From: Sphagnum compactum
Lineage: Eukaryota
Assembly: GCA_965153455.1 (NCBI GenBank)
Contig: OZ234493.1
Location: 23,116,213-23,180,212, forward strand
Length of the DNA stretch: 64,000 nucleotides
Direction: 5' to 3'
Part shown: positions 24,801 through 36,717 of the stretch, piece after piece
Position numbering within the stretch: the first letter of the stretch is position 1
Layout of the letters: every line of letters begins with the position of its first letter
Translations under genes and position numbers: made by a program
The notes under the pieces: generated by a model
What the model was told of the DNA's origin: nothing
Seen by the model: only the letters and a program-made list of their open reading frames with translations
Database searches by the model: none

Positions 24801-27800
24801 CTTTCGAATTTCATGCTAATGGAAACCAACTAAATTATCCAAAGTTGAAGGTACATTTATTCAATGGAAAGATGCCTTAAGATCCCTCGTATTTTCTAGG
24901 AGGGATATCCATGGATATAATATGCCTTCCAAATACATTAAAAAAAAATTTAAACTACTTCAGATGGATGCAATAACCTTAATAACCATTAAAAGGGGTT
25001 CCATTATGTGGAACGTACGCAAGCATGATGGTGTGAAATTACAAATTCAGGAAAGCACAAAACATAATTTATAAGTTACCACCTTACTTGACATGCCCTT
25101 CTAGGCAGACCTTGAAGTGAGAGGGTTTGTTTAGTCAAGGCCCAAGTCCAAACCATCGTGGGGTGGCCTTTGTGGTGGCTTGGGTTGTGAGTTTAAGTGT
25201 TGGGTTGGGTTCAACTCTCAATTTGACAACACTCATGAACCGCATAAGTGTTAGCAAATGACAGTTTGAAGAAGGGGGCCCAAGGATATGTTCTTAATGC
25301 GTTAAATCCTTGAACTAAACACAAGTTTACAGTTAAGCCGAAAAATAGAAGATAGTAATCCCAAGTGACAAGGCCTTGTATCACTTGGGAAGTTTGTAGC
25401 AGGTTGAGACCCACCCAAATAGAGGTTAAAGTTAACCCTACGTTACGAAATGAGTCTTAATGCTGAAGCTCACCAGCACGTAGTTTGCCATGTGTAGGTA
25501 GTTTAGGTTTTTTGCGAAGAATGTGAATGGAGGCAAAGGTGCAAGAACACTAAAGCAAATTCGGGTATGACAATTGGTATCAAAATAGGTTCCTTGAATC
25601 ATTGGAAAAAACCTCTAGTAAGGCATTTAAAGGTGGTTTCTTAAGGCAAATGGTTTTGAAACAACCAATATTGGACATAGTGGTGGTGGTGCAGCCTAAA
25701 ACAAAAAGGAAGCACAAGACTAAGAAAGAGAAGGAAAAAGACATAGCCTTTGAGGAATTGGCCACCCTAGGTAAAACCACAATGGAAAATAAGTTGCTTG
25801 AAGATGAGGTCCAAAATCTAGGGGATATGGTCAAAGAAGAAGCTATAATGGTTCCTCCCCACAAAAGTAAAAAAAAGGGGGGAAGGATGGGGTTGGGCTT
25901 TTGGCCCAAGAAAAGACTTTTTCCCCCATTGCCCAAAGCAAGGGAAGAACTGAGGCGAACATGGGCTCGCCAATAAAAAAACCTCCCATGGCTCCCAAAA
26001 AGAACAAAAGAAAGGAAAAAGTTCATGAATCAAGCAAGGAACTTCCGATGCATGTGGACTTGCACTGTTTTGAGGAGTTTAGCGAAAATCGTGATTTTTT
26101 GTTGGGTGCAAATGGGATATCATGAACCGGACCTGCCCCCTTGGGATGGTTGTTTATTGGGTGTTTATTCCAAGATATTCTTAAAATCTTTTGAACAAAA
26201 GCCTTTTAAGAAATCTCAAATTTAAAAAAAATAATTCATCACATTATTATGTTATGGTTTACATAAAAGATTAGCTAAAAATATGTCATTGTCAAAAAAT
26301 TCAAGTTCATTTACAAGTCTTTTTACTACTTAAAACATTGGTTATAATGTTTTCAAAATGTTTTTAGGTATTTTTCATTCATTAGATTGATTTCAAACTT
26401 TTAGAGTATATATACCAATACATTGAAAAAAAAATTCCATTTGGAGTTCTTTATTTTTTTCTAAAATGTTAGATACACAAAACAAAACATTGGTTACAAC
26501 TACTTGTGTACGCGTTAGTGTGACTACACCCTACTAATTCTATTGGATCAACTCAAAAGGGGTAAAGGGGGCAAATGAGCGTTTGAACATCCAAACACAT
26601 CAGGGCATGTTTAGTTAATGGCAAAGTTGTCATCTCAATGTAGCTCTTCAAGGGATTTATAAAGTATATTATACAAACATTGAAATGGTGACTTCTTTCA
26701 TGTTCAAGTTGTGATGCATTTTCTAAGTCCATGTGAGCTTATGGCTTGTTTGTGAACCAAATTGATTTTAATATTGCTTTCATGGTTTGTGTAATTTGAA
26801 TATATGTCCATGAATTCAATTTGAAGAGTTCATCTTAATCTTATACAAGAATTCTGACATCACATTCTTTTCTCACCATGAGTAGTTGGGGAGTGTGTCC
26901 AAGGCTTACAAGTTTTTTATAATGCATTGTATGGAAAAAACTATTTTAATACCTTATGGTTAAGCCTTTGGGGATGTATCAAGTAGGAATCAAAAGTGTG
27001 TCCATAAAAAAAATAAAAATTATGTCAAATTATGAATTATTATATTATAGAATTTTGACAACTAAGTACATTTATTATGACTTTTACAAAAGGAAAAACA
27101 TTTTGTGCATGGTAGGAAATATGTGTGTTTCATGTTCAAATTCATTTTTCAATTGCAAATGTGAATTAAGTTAGTTAGATTTTATCTTTTAAATCAAATA
27201 AATTGTGTCTTATTAACTACATTTGGTCAAAAACCACATTGATTATTAATCCAGAAATAAGGTAGGTGAACAAAAAGTTGAAAATAATGAAAGGTTAGTG
27301 AATCAATCTTAACATTGTTTATTCAAAGCAACTTGGACCAACATAATGTAAAAGGTCTTAACAAGTTGGCATGTACAACTTAACAAGACATTACAAATTG
27401 ACTACCATAATACCTTTACCATTTTGGTTACAAACTGTCGAATAATTATTCAAATTTGAAATTTTAACTTTGGCACCTAGTGTTTAATTCTGAAATTTTC
27501 GATAGGTAATGATTATAAAAAATAGTAAACATGGTTTTATTAATGTTGTGGAGCAATCTAATGTGTTTAGATTGCTGCAGTTTTAAGTCACTTTCATGGA
27601 AGGTCAATGATTGAAATATTGATACTTGAACTTTTAAATTTATTAACATTTCGGCACAAATTATGAATAATTTTCCAAAAGTTCAGCAAAATGAAAATAA
27701 TTTAATTTATGCCAAAATGGTAAAAATATTACAATATTGTTGGCCAATTTTCTAAATTAGTAGTTTTGAGACAAATTGAAAACCAAAATATGAAAAATTA

Positions 27801-30800
27801 ACTATTTTTACCAAAATTTCCATCATGTTGGTGATTGAAAATTTTAAAAATCAATTTTTGATTCTTAAATTTTCTTTTAGGTGAAAATTCTCTAAACAAA
27901 AAAGTTTGTATGTGATCATGCCATAAATAACAAGTGGATTCCACCTTATTTAACATGTTGAATATGGATGTCAAATTGAATTGATGGCATAGTCATGCAA
28001 TGTCACATCATGTCATGTCAGTGTCCTATTATTGTGTCATTGTCACATCATCTAAACAACATGTGAAATATCAATAAAGAGAATTCCTTGTGAAATGTTT
28101 TCACACCCAAAATGGTTGTTTTGCAATGTGCACCCATTACCCCCAAACCTCAAACTTTGCACCCCCACAACTCCAACTTTAAACCCTTAATAGACACAAT
28201 TATTATAGCATAGGGAAAAAAAATTATTACATTGTAGATATCTATATTCAACATATTTTAATAATAACATAAACAATGGATGCAATTGTAACATTTACTT
28301 CAATTAATGACAAAGTATCAAACCATCACCTTCATCAAATGAATATTGGTGATGAATGTCATGCTTGCCCACTAGCTTCATCAACTCTTCATGATTGGTG
28401 TAGACACATATGAGAATTTGCCCAAATTTTCAAACAAATCATTACACACAATTTGTGTGCTAAAAATTGTGTGACATTTATAAAAGCAATAAGAAAATTT
28501 GGTCCACAATGTTAGTTATAGCTAAAGAGACATGTAGCACAAATATCAAGCAACTCATGTAACATCATCATCCTTGCAAATCATCTTGACCTTATGAATT
28601 TTCAAGTGGATCCCTTCACATACATCCAACATAAAAATAGCAACTCAAACATCCTTGCATTTATTGTATTGACCTAACATATTTGGCACTAAATAATTAT
28701 GAGTAAAAGATTCATGAGTTTTTAGAAACTATTAAGGTGTACATTAAGGTGCATTTACATTTAGAATCTTGACACCATGGTGTAAAGGTGAATTTCTTAA
28801 TGTATATGTCAAATTCCTATGAAAAATTATATAAAATATTTGGCATTAAAATGTTCAACCTACCAAGGTAATGCATGGTCACATATCTTTTTCACATTCC
28901 AAACTATTGTGATAAATTATAACCACAACTAGAATGTTTAGAATTTTGAACAAAACTTATAGGTAACAACTAACATTGGAAGCTTCTACCTTTGTCTTTT
29001 GGAACCTTTGTTACACATGGTAATAATTATTGTCTTTTAATTATCTCCAAGGTAGAATAATTAAACTTTAATTATTGTGACAAATCTAGTAAATCCAAAT
29101 AGTAGGAGTATAACCATATTTTGTGAATTTTAATAATTTATTCTAGAAAGTGGTACATGGAAAATATTCACTATGGTTAAAGATATGATTTGAAGATTAT
29201 TTCAAAAAGTAAGTTGGTAAGTTGACTTTGAAAAGATAAAGTGAGCAAATTTTAAAAAGATGAGGACATCCACGTGTTTATCGATGGTGGGGAACCTCTT
29301 TTCTTCCTCATTTTTCTACATTTATGGTTTTTTTTTTAAAAAAAATGTTTGTTGGAGAAAACTTGGATGGCCCATTTGTTTTAGTCTAATTTAATAGAAT
29401 TAGAGGAAGATTGGGAGAGACCTTGGGAGAAGTTGTATATGCTTGGTAAGTAATACAATTGTGTAAATTCGATGGAAATAGACTTATGTTGTATGATTCC
29501 TCAAATACATGGAAGGTGGTTAAAAAAATATTACTATGAGGGACAAGAAGGTACTTATTGAAATTTTTGGAACATTCCATGGTTATTGTAAATGTAGGAA
29601 GAATAACTTTACTTATATTTTCCTATTTACAGATGGTCAAACACCTTGCATTAGGTGATGTAGGATGGTAATTACTTTATGAAGTTGGTTATATAATTAT
29701 AATCTATAATTTTTTTTCCCATGATATAACTACTTAGTTTTGTTGGTTTGCAACTACTTGCTAAACAATAGCTACAACCATGGAAGGTAACAATAGTGGT
29801 GGAAAGAATCTCACGTTGATATTCAAGTAATCTACACCTTTTGGTACAACTCACAATACATAAGAAAAGTTTAAGCAAGAAAGTAACTATTTTCTTGCAT
29901 CACAATGACCATTTTTTGGTTGTTTTTTACTTTGTTTCATATTGTTGGCTTTATTTTCTAGATGGTAGTTTTATTTGATGGTAGTAGACTAGGCAATAGG
30001 CGTCTTTTCTTATGTTTTATGTGTTTTCATATTCAACAACCCTACTTGTTCACTTGAGATTGTCAGGATTGCAGATATACAACCTTTCCATGTGGAAATT
30101 CTCACTTTAGGTTACCATGGGTGAAGGAGGTTTTAATGTTTTAACCAATGTTGGCAAGTTTTTCATTTAAAAAAAAACTTTCAATTTGGTTTTGATGTTG
30201 AATGTTTGTTGGTTAGGTTCTTTGAGCGTAAGTTTCAACCTAGTTTTTTACATCTCTAAACCTTATCCAATTCTGATTTTGGTTCATTTTTTCACATTCA
30301 CAAACTTATGAGCATGGCTTAAAAATTAGGCTTAGTTCCATGTTACACAATCTTCAATTGAATAGTGTATGGGTATAATTTTACAACAAATTAAAAAAAA
30401 GGATTATATAGATATGGAGTTTATAATTAATTAGAATTGATCAATTATTTATAACATTTAGCCTAGTTGCAAATTTTTGAAAGAAGTTTGCCTTACATTT
30501 ACTTAAAGAACATAAACAACAACCATGACTAGGAGCAAACCTTGGATCTCCTTCCATTTAAAACACTACACACTAAAATAATCAAGCCCTTGCCCATTAT
30601 GTTGGGTAAGGGCCAAGCAAATTGATTGGTGCAAGTTTGGTGACAAATTGAACATGATGGGCAATTGTGAGACCATTTGGTTTAGGGTGACAAATTCACC
30701 AATTTTTTTTAGAATTCATGTTCAATAAAAATTTTGATCACTATTATGAATGTATGATTATTTGGAAGATTATGTCGTATAAATTGGTCAAAAAAATGAC

Positions 30801-30856
30801 ATAATATGCCACCCTAGACCTTGATGTGAAGGGAGAGTTTTTTCCTAAGGCCCTCA

Positions 30857-31026
30857 TTATGTTTGAAGGTAGATGAATGAAAGCATTAACCTTAATTTTT
30901 CGGTTGGAGAACATAATGAAAGCGACAAAGCTTCTTTGGGATGCCTTGACTATGTTTGAAGGTGGATGAATGAAAGCATTAACTTGTGTTATTCAATTGG
31001 AGAACATAGTGAATAGGACAAAGCTT
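30857..31026. repeat. Tandem duplication, 2 copies of ~91 bp
   Basis: tatgtttgaaggt.gatgaatgaaagcattaac...ttggagaacata.tgaa...gacaaagctt occurs twice. Confidence 0.75.
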
Positions 31027-31281
31027 GTTCCCATTGCTTTCATTAGTTTGAGAGTAGATTCTAGGTAATTCGTTAAGCATTTTGGCTAGAACCATGTTGA
31101 TTCACTCAGGTTGGTATTTACATCATGTTCTAAAAAGGTTTCCAAAAAAATTTATCTATCTATGATGAAAATAACATTAGTAAAAATACAAGTAGACATG
31201 TCTTCAACTTGTGTTATAATGAAAATAACATTAATAAAAATATAAGTACACATGTCTCTAACTTATTTTTTAAGTACTAAT

Positions 31282-31820
31282 AGGGTAGAACTGCCCATCA
31301 CCAATCACTACCCTATCACCGATAATTTCTTTACATCTTTATCATTTATGTCTTATTTTGAGTGATTTAAAATGTTATGGGAAAGCTACCTCAAGCTCTA
31401 GAAATGATTTTTGAAGTGCAAATGAAAAGGAGTAATAAAAAAAACAAAAACAAAAATAAGCTTTCCAACTCACACAACGTGTTTTTTCCCTTTTTTTTTT
31501 TTTTTTTTTTTGGGACCCCTCTTACTTTCAAAGCTTCTCACTTTTTCATTTCCTGTTCATTTTAAACAAATTAAAATGCTATAAGAGTGCCACCTTCAAT
31601 TCTACAAATCATTTTTCAACTCTAATAGCAATAGAGGAACATACAAGAAATTTCTTGGGTAATTAGGAATTGGCTTTGTAATGTTTGATGATTTTTAATG
31701 TGCTAGATGCGTCAATAGGAGGGGTTAAATTTTTTTTGGACACTAGGAACAATGGAAGCCTCTCCTTGGATCCAGTCTACCCTGAATGCTTAAATGATCG
31801 TTCATAGGCTGTTCTACCCT
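31282..31820. mobile_element. MITE-like element with AGGGTAGAAC terminal inverted repeats; related inverted copy at ~44.0-44.62 kb
   Basis: agggtagaac...gttctaccct flanked by aat on both sides. gtagaac..catca..aatcactaccctatc recurs reverse-complemented near 44584-44617. Confidence 0.6.
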
Positions 31821-34242
31821 AATGCACTCAAGCTACCTACACTAGTTTGACGCTTTTTAATAACCAAGAATGTAAATAGAACATGTCTCTTGAAAACACC
31901 TCACAACTTGGTAGAAATGAATGAGGGTGTTCACATGTGTGCTTAAGCTTAAGAACATAGAGAGAATTGAGGGAGGAAGCCTTCACCAACATAATGCAGA
32001 TTCAAAAAATTGAAAAGACATGCAGATCGAAATCGAAGAGACATGAACAATTGCCCAAAGGGCCATTTGTAAATTGAAGGAATAACAAGAGTTGCCACAT
32101 TGCCCACCATGGGTTAGAGGTAAGTTAGATAACAAAGGTGAAAATTCTACAGTGCATTATGTGAAAGGTAAAACCTTATGGAGAGGGCATTCTCAAAATA
32201 AAGAGCCTAGGATGAGACGATAAACAAAGTCTAGCCCCACATTTTAAGAATGTTCCTCTCCCATGGGCTTTACTTATTGCAAAGCACAAGGCAAAATTTG
32301 TCATGAACCAAACCTATGTAGATCACAAAGCCTATGAGTGAGAGGGTTCTTATGCCTACTCCTAAATAGTGGGAGGGTTCTTACACCTACAAGTAGGCAT
32401 AATTTCCCTCCCATCCTTGAGAGGTAAAGCATAATATCCCTCCCAATTTGTAAGAGGGAAATAAATGGATATAAAGGTGCCCTCCACATACACTACAAAT
32501 TTTCTGCGGGTGCTTTACATGTAGGTGTGAGAGAGAAGCATTAGCCAGTGTAAAAAAGACCTATGAGAATGACATCCATTTGGATGATAAATATTCAACA
32601 CACTAAATTGGAAACACATGGTAGTTAGCATAGTGAAACCGAAGTGGATCATCCATCAAGGCCCAAGCCCTAAAACTTACATGACTTCACACTATCGTCA
32701 CGCAAGAAGTCGATCGGTAGCGGTGTAGCTTCTCGCCTGTGCGCAATCATCTGGCACTGATTTGAGCAGAGCTGCGAGGGGACTCAAACGAAACATGTCG
32801 TGTAGGGACATTCTCAACTCATTTCATCTGCTCGGGAGTTGTGCAGCGAGCAGTGAGTTGAGAGAGTCTGCTGAAGAAGCTGTTTTGGTTTCCGATACGC
32901 TCTGCTCACTGGTGACTTTGTTATTCCGGCGCCAGCGAACTCCAAAACTGTTGGAGAGGTTGGTTGTTTTTTTTCGCTTGGTTTGTATCGGATTCTTCTT
33001 CGTGACATGTCATGGCAGTGCGCCGACAAATAACCCTTGGCTCGCGCCGCCGCTTTGGTCTTATCTTGCGTGAGTGACAGACTTTCCCTCTACTTCTGGT
33101 TCTGTTCTCAGCAATTTTGTTTGTCCCGATGTGCCGTATGTGATGTCGATTAGTTCACATTTGAGCAAGGTCTTGAGGTGTTCAGTCGTTTTTCCTTATG
33201 CGAGTTTTCCGACTCCTGAAGCAGCATGTAGCCCTAAGGATTTAGTGCGACACTCAGAGTCCTGCTTGGTTCGGCAAGCTTCGCGTCATTCTTCTCTTTC
33301 ATCATGTGTACGCATTAATCTATAGCTTGGTAAAGAGTCAAGATCGAGCGATTTCTCTGAAGCATTGGACAATATGAATCGCACGTGACAGGTTCTGGCC
33401 ACAGGGCCCTTGCCTCTTGTGGTGGAGATGTTGGAACAACTGCAGCAGGTCAGTTCTCAGGCTTGGTTTTTGAATGAATGTCGCTGTTAATAAATGCCGA
33501 GTAATCTAGTTATGCAATGTCTTACTTGAACCCTCTCTGGCACAATCTATATTTATCTGAATCTACAAGATCTGATACAATCCATGCAAGATCTGTCAGA
33601 GATGGAAAAAGCATGGCCTGCATGCATGGGGTGACATCAAACTGAACTGAAATTTTGAAGTAATTTTTTGTCTCCAATTCTGAACATACAAATATCGCAC
33701 AGATCTTCACTAAAAAATATCCATGGGATTGTGCAAATTGGAGGAGGCCATAACAACTGCACTTGCTGAAGCTTTTCGGAATTAAACGCTGGATTGAATT
33801 GTATACTGATAGTGTATGTGACAACTGATGGAAGTGCAATCTCCAGCATTGTGGCTCATAGATGAATGTAGTAGATGCCATGCTATGATGAAAGTCCATG
33901 TGAGGTTGCATGCATTTGATTGGTTACTACAGTCTATGCAGGCCAGAGAGAAATACTTTGGCGGAAATTCTTTTCAGATCCTTCACAGTGGTGGGATAAC
34001 AGACCAGAGAAGGTGAATAATTTTTGTCCCAATTTCCTGATGGAGGATGTCAATATGGTTTCCTCAGTCCTTACAGCATGGTCTGCCTGAGCTGTGAGGT
34101 AGCCATGGCTGATTAGCTTGATTTGGATTTTTGGGATTTTTGGTAATAGGTGAATGCAAGATACCCTGACTTCAAGCATAAAAAGACACAAGAGGCACTC
34201 TGGCTTCAGGACCGACAAAATCCTCCATGGGTAGCAACAGAG

Positions 34243-36717
34243 ATGGTGGCAATAGCACCAGGGACTTTACAATTGGACAGTTTTTCATGGAATAAAAGGC
34301 TTGCAAGATCTGTCAAGGCTGGTCAATATGAAAACACAATCAAGCTTTTCCAACAGATGCAACAAGAAGGTACTTGTCCTGACAGATTCACTTTTGTTCA
34401 AGTACTTAATGCATGTGCTAACTTACGAGCACTTGAAGATGGGAGGAATGCTCATGAACAGACCATTCAAAGTGGATGCGTGTCTGATATCTTTGTGGGC
34501 AGTAGCCTAGTTCACATGTATGTCAAATGTGGGTGCATGGAGGATGCTATGAGAGTATTCAGCCAGATGCCCTCACGTGATGTGGTATCATGGACTGTCA
34601 TGATATTTGGACACATAAGATGTGGGCAAGGGCAGAGGGCCTTGGAGCTGTTTCGACAAATGCAACAGGAAGGTGTGCAACCAAACCCTGTGACTTTTGT
34701 GGGGGTCCTGAATGCATGTGCAAGTTTGGTGGCACTTGAAGAAGGCAGGTGTGCTCATGAGCAGATCATTCAAAGTGGTTGCGAGTCTGATGTCTCTGTA
34801 GGGAATAGCCTTATTGACATGTATGGGAAATGTGGGAGCATGGAGGATGCACGAAGAGTGTTCAGTGAGATGCCCTCACGCAATGTGGTCTCTTGGACTA
34901 CCATAATATTTGGATATGTGAAATCTCGACAGGGGCACAAGGCATTGGAATTATTTCAACAAATGCAACAGGAAGGTGTGAAACCAAATCTGGTCACTTT
35001 TGTGGGGGTCCTGAATGCCTGTGCGAGTGTACTGGCACTTGAAGAGGGCAGACGTGCTCATGAACAGATCATTCAAAATGGTTGGGAATCAGATGTTTCT
35101 ATTGGAAGTAGCCTTGTTGACATGTACACCAAATGTGGGAGCATGGAGGATGCTTGGGGAGTATTCAACAAGATGCCATCACGGGATGTAGTCTCTTGGA
35201 CTGCTATGATATTTGGACATGTGAAATATGGGCAAGGACTTAAGGCATTGGAATTATTTCGACAGATGCAACAGGAGGGTGTGCAGCCAAACACTGTGAC
35301 TTTCATGGGGGTCCTAAATGCATGTGCTAGTCTAGTGGCACTTGAAGAGGGAAGATGTGCTCATGAGCAGATCATTCAAAGTGGCTGTGAGTCAGATGTA
35401 TCTGTAGGGAGTAGCCTCATTGACATGTATTCCAAATGTGGGAGCATGGATGATGCTTGCAGAGTGTTTGACAAGATGGTGTCCCGTGATCTAGTCTCTT
35501 GGAATGTCATGATGTTGGGGCATGTGAAATGTGGACAAGGACAGAAGGCATTGGGACTATTTCGGCAAATGCAACAGGAAGGTGTGCTACCAAATGCTGT
35601 GACTTTCATGGTGGTCTTAAATGCATGTGCCAGTGTAGTGGCACTTGAAGAGGGAAGGTGTGTTCATGAACAAATCATTCAAAGTAGCTGTGAGTCCGGT
35701 GTGTTTGTGGGTAATAGTCTAATTGACATGTATGCCAAATGTGGGAGCATGGAGGATGCCTGGAGAGTGTTTAACACAATGCCGTCACGAGATGTGGTCT
35801 CTTGGAATGCTATGCTTGGAGGATTTGCATTGCATGGGCATGGTGAGGAAGCTCTGGCACATTTTGAAAGAATGTGTGAAGAAGGTATAGAGGTAGATAA
35901 TGTCACTTTTGTTTGTCTTCTGTCCGCTTGTAGTCATGCAGGCCTGTTGTGTGAAGGCCTGCGCTCTTTTGGTTCCATGAGCACAGTTCACAAGATTTCT
36001 GCAAAATTGGAACACTACACCTGCATGGTTGACCTTCTTGGGCGTGCCGGCCATCTGCATGAGGCAGAGGATATGATCAAGATGATGCCCTGTAAACCAG
36101 ATGTGGCTGTGTGGATGGCCTTGCTTGGTGCTTGCAGAATTCATGGTAATGTGGAAATGGGAGAACGCATCGCAAAGCACATTCTGGAAGTGGACCCTGG
36201 AAATGCTGCAGGGTATGTGCTGCTATCAAACATCTATGCTGCTGCTGGCAAGTCGGATCTGAGTGAGAAAGTTCAATCACAGAGAAAGGAAAGGGGTGTG
36301 AAGAAACAGCCAGGTCGTACCTGGATTGAAGTTAATAATGAGGTGCATACATTTGTAGTAGATGATCAAGATCATCCCCAAATTATAGAAATCCGTGCAG
36401 AACTGAAGCGATTGTACGGGCAGATGCAAGAGGCTGGGTATGTGCCAGATACAAAATTTGTGCTACATGATGTGGAGGAAGAAGAAAAGGTGTATCATTT
36501 GTGTCACCATAGTGAGAAACTGGCTATTGCATTTGGGCTCATCAGCACACCTCCTGGTACTACACTCCGGATTTTCAAGAATCTCCGAGTATGTGGGGAC
36601 TGCCACACTTCCACCAAGTTCATTGCAAAACTAGTTGGGAGAGCAATCATTGTCAGGGATGCCAATCGCTTCCATCACTTTGAGTGCGGTGTTTGTTCTT
36701 GCAGGGATTATTGGTGA
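34243..36717 (+). CDS. PLS-class pentatricopeptide repeat protein with E1-E2-DYW deaminase domain (organellar C-to-U RNA editing factor); true start uncertain (ORF open from 34150, possible upstream exon)
   Basis: Five P1-L1-S1 triplets plus P2-L2-S2 (18 PPR motifs), E1/E2, PG box (PGRTWIEV), HSEKLA, CGDCH and terminal CSCRDYW. Uninterrupted reading frame. Confidence 0.95.
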   Translation: MVAIAPGTLQLDSFSWNKRLARSVKAGQYENTIKLFQQMQQEGTCPDRFTFVQVLNACANLRALEDGRNAHEQTIQSGCVSDIFVGSSLVHMYVKCGCMEDAMRVFSQMPSRDVVSWTVMIFGHIRCGQGQRALELFRQMQQEGVQPNPVTFVGVLNACASLVALEEGRCAHEQIIQSGCESDVSVGNSLIDMYGKCGSMEDARRVFSEMPSRNVVSWTTIIFGYVKSRQGHKALELFQQMQQEGVKPNLVTFVGVLNACASVLALEEGRRAHEQIIQNGWESDVSIGSSLVDMYTKCGSMEDAWGVFNKMPSRDVVSWTAMIFGHVKYGQGLKALELFRQMQQEGVQPNTVTFMGVLNACASLVALEEGRCAHEQIIQSGCESDVSVGSSLIDMYSKCGSMDDACRVFDKMVSRDLVSWNVMMLGHVKCGQGQKALGLFRQMQQEGVLPNAVTFMVVLNACASVVALEEGRCVHEQIIQSSCESGVFVGNSLIDMYAKCGSMEDAWRVFNTMPSRDVVSWNAMLGGFALHGHGEEALAHFERMCEEGIEVDNVTFVCLLSACSHAGLLCEGLRSFGSMSTVHKISAKLEHYTCMVDLLGRAGHLHEAEDMIKMMPCKPDVAVWMALLGACRIHGNVEMGERIAKHILEVDPGNAAGYVLLSNIYAAAGKSDLSEKVQSQRKERGVKKQPGRTWIEVNNEVHTFVVDDQDHPQIIEIRAELKRLYGQMQEAGYVPDTKFVLHDVEEEEKVYHLCHHSEKLAIAFGLISTPPGTTLRIFKNLRVCGDCHTSTKFIAKLVGRAIIVRDANRFHHFECGVCSCRDYW

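Noticed and set aside
25580-26125. Overlapping Lys-rich (plus) and Phe/Leu-rich (minus) ORFs
   Set aside because: Low-complexity sequence that is probably TE-derived. No motif supports a gene call.
29340-29680. Kelch-like peptide LYMLG...RLMLYDSSNTWKVV
   Set aside because: Too short and interrupted by stops to support even a pseudogene call without a search.
34588-36280. Several repeated minus-strand ORFs
   Set aside because: These are antisense shadows of the PPR repeats.
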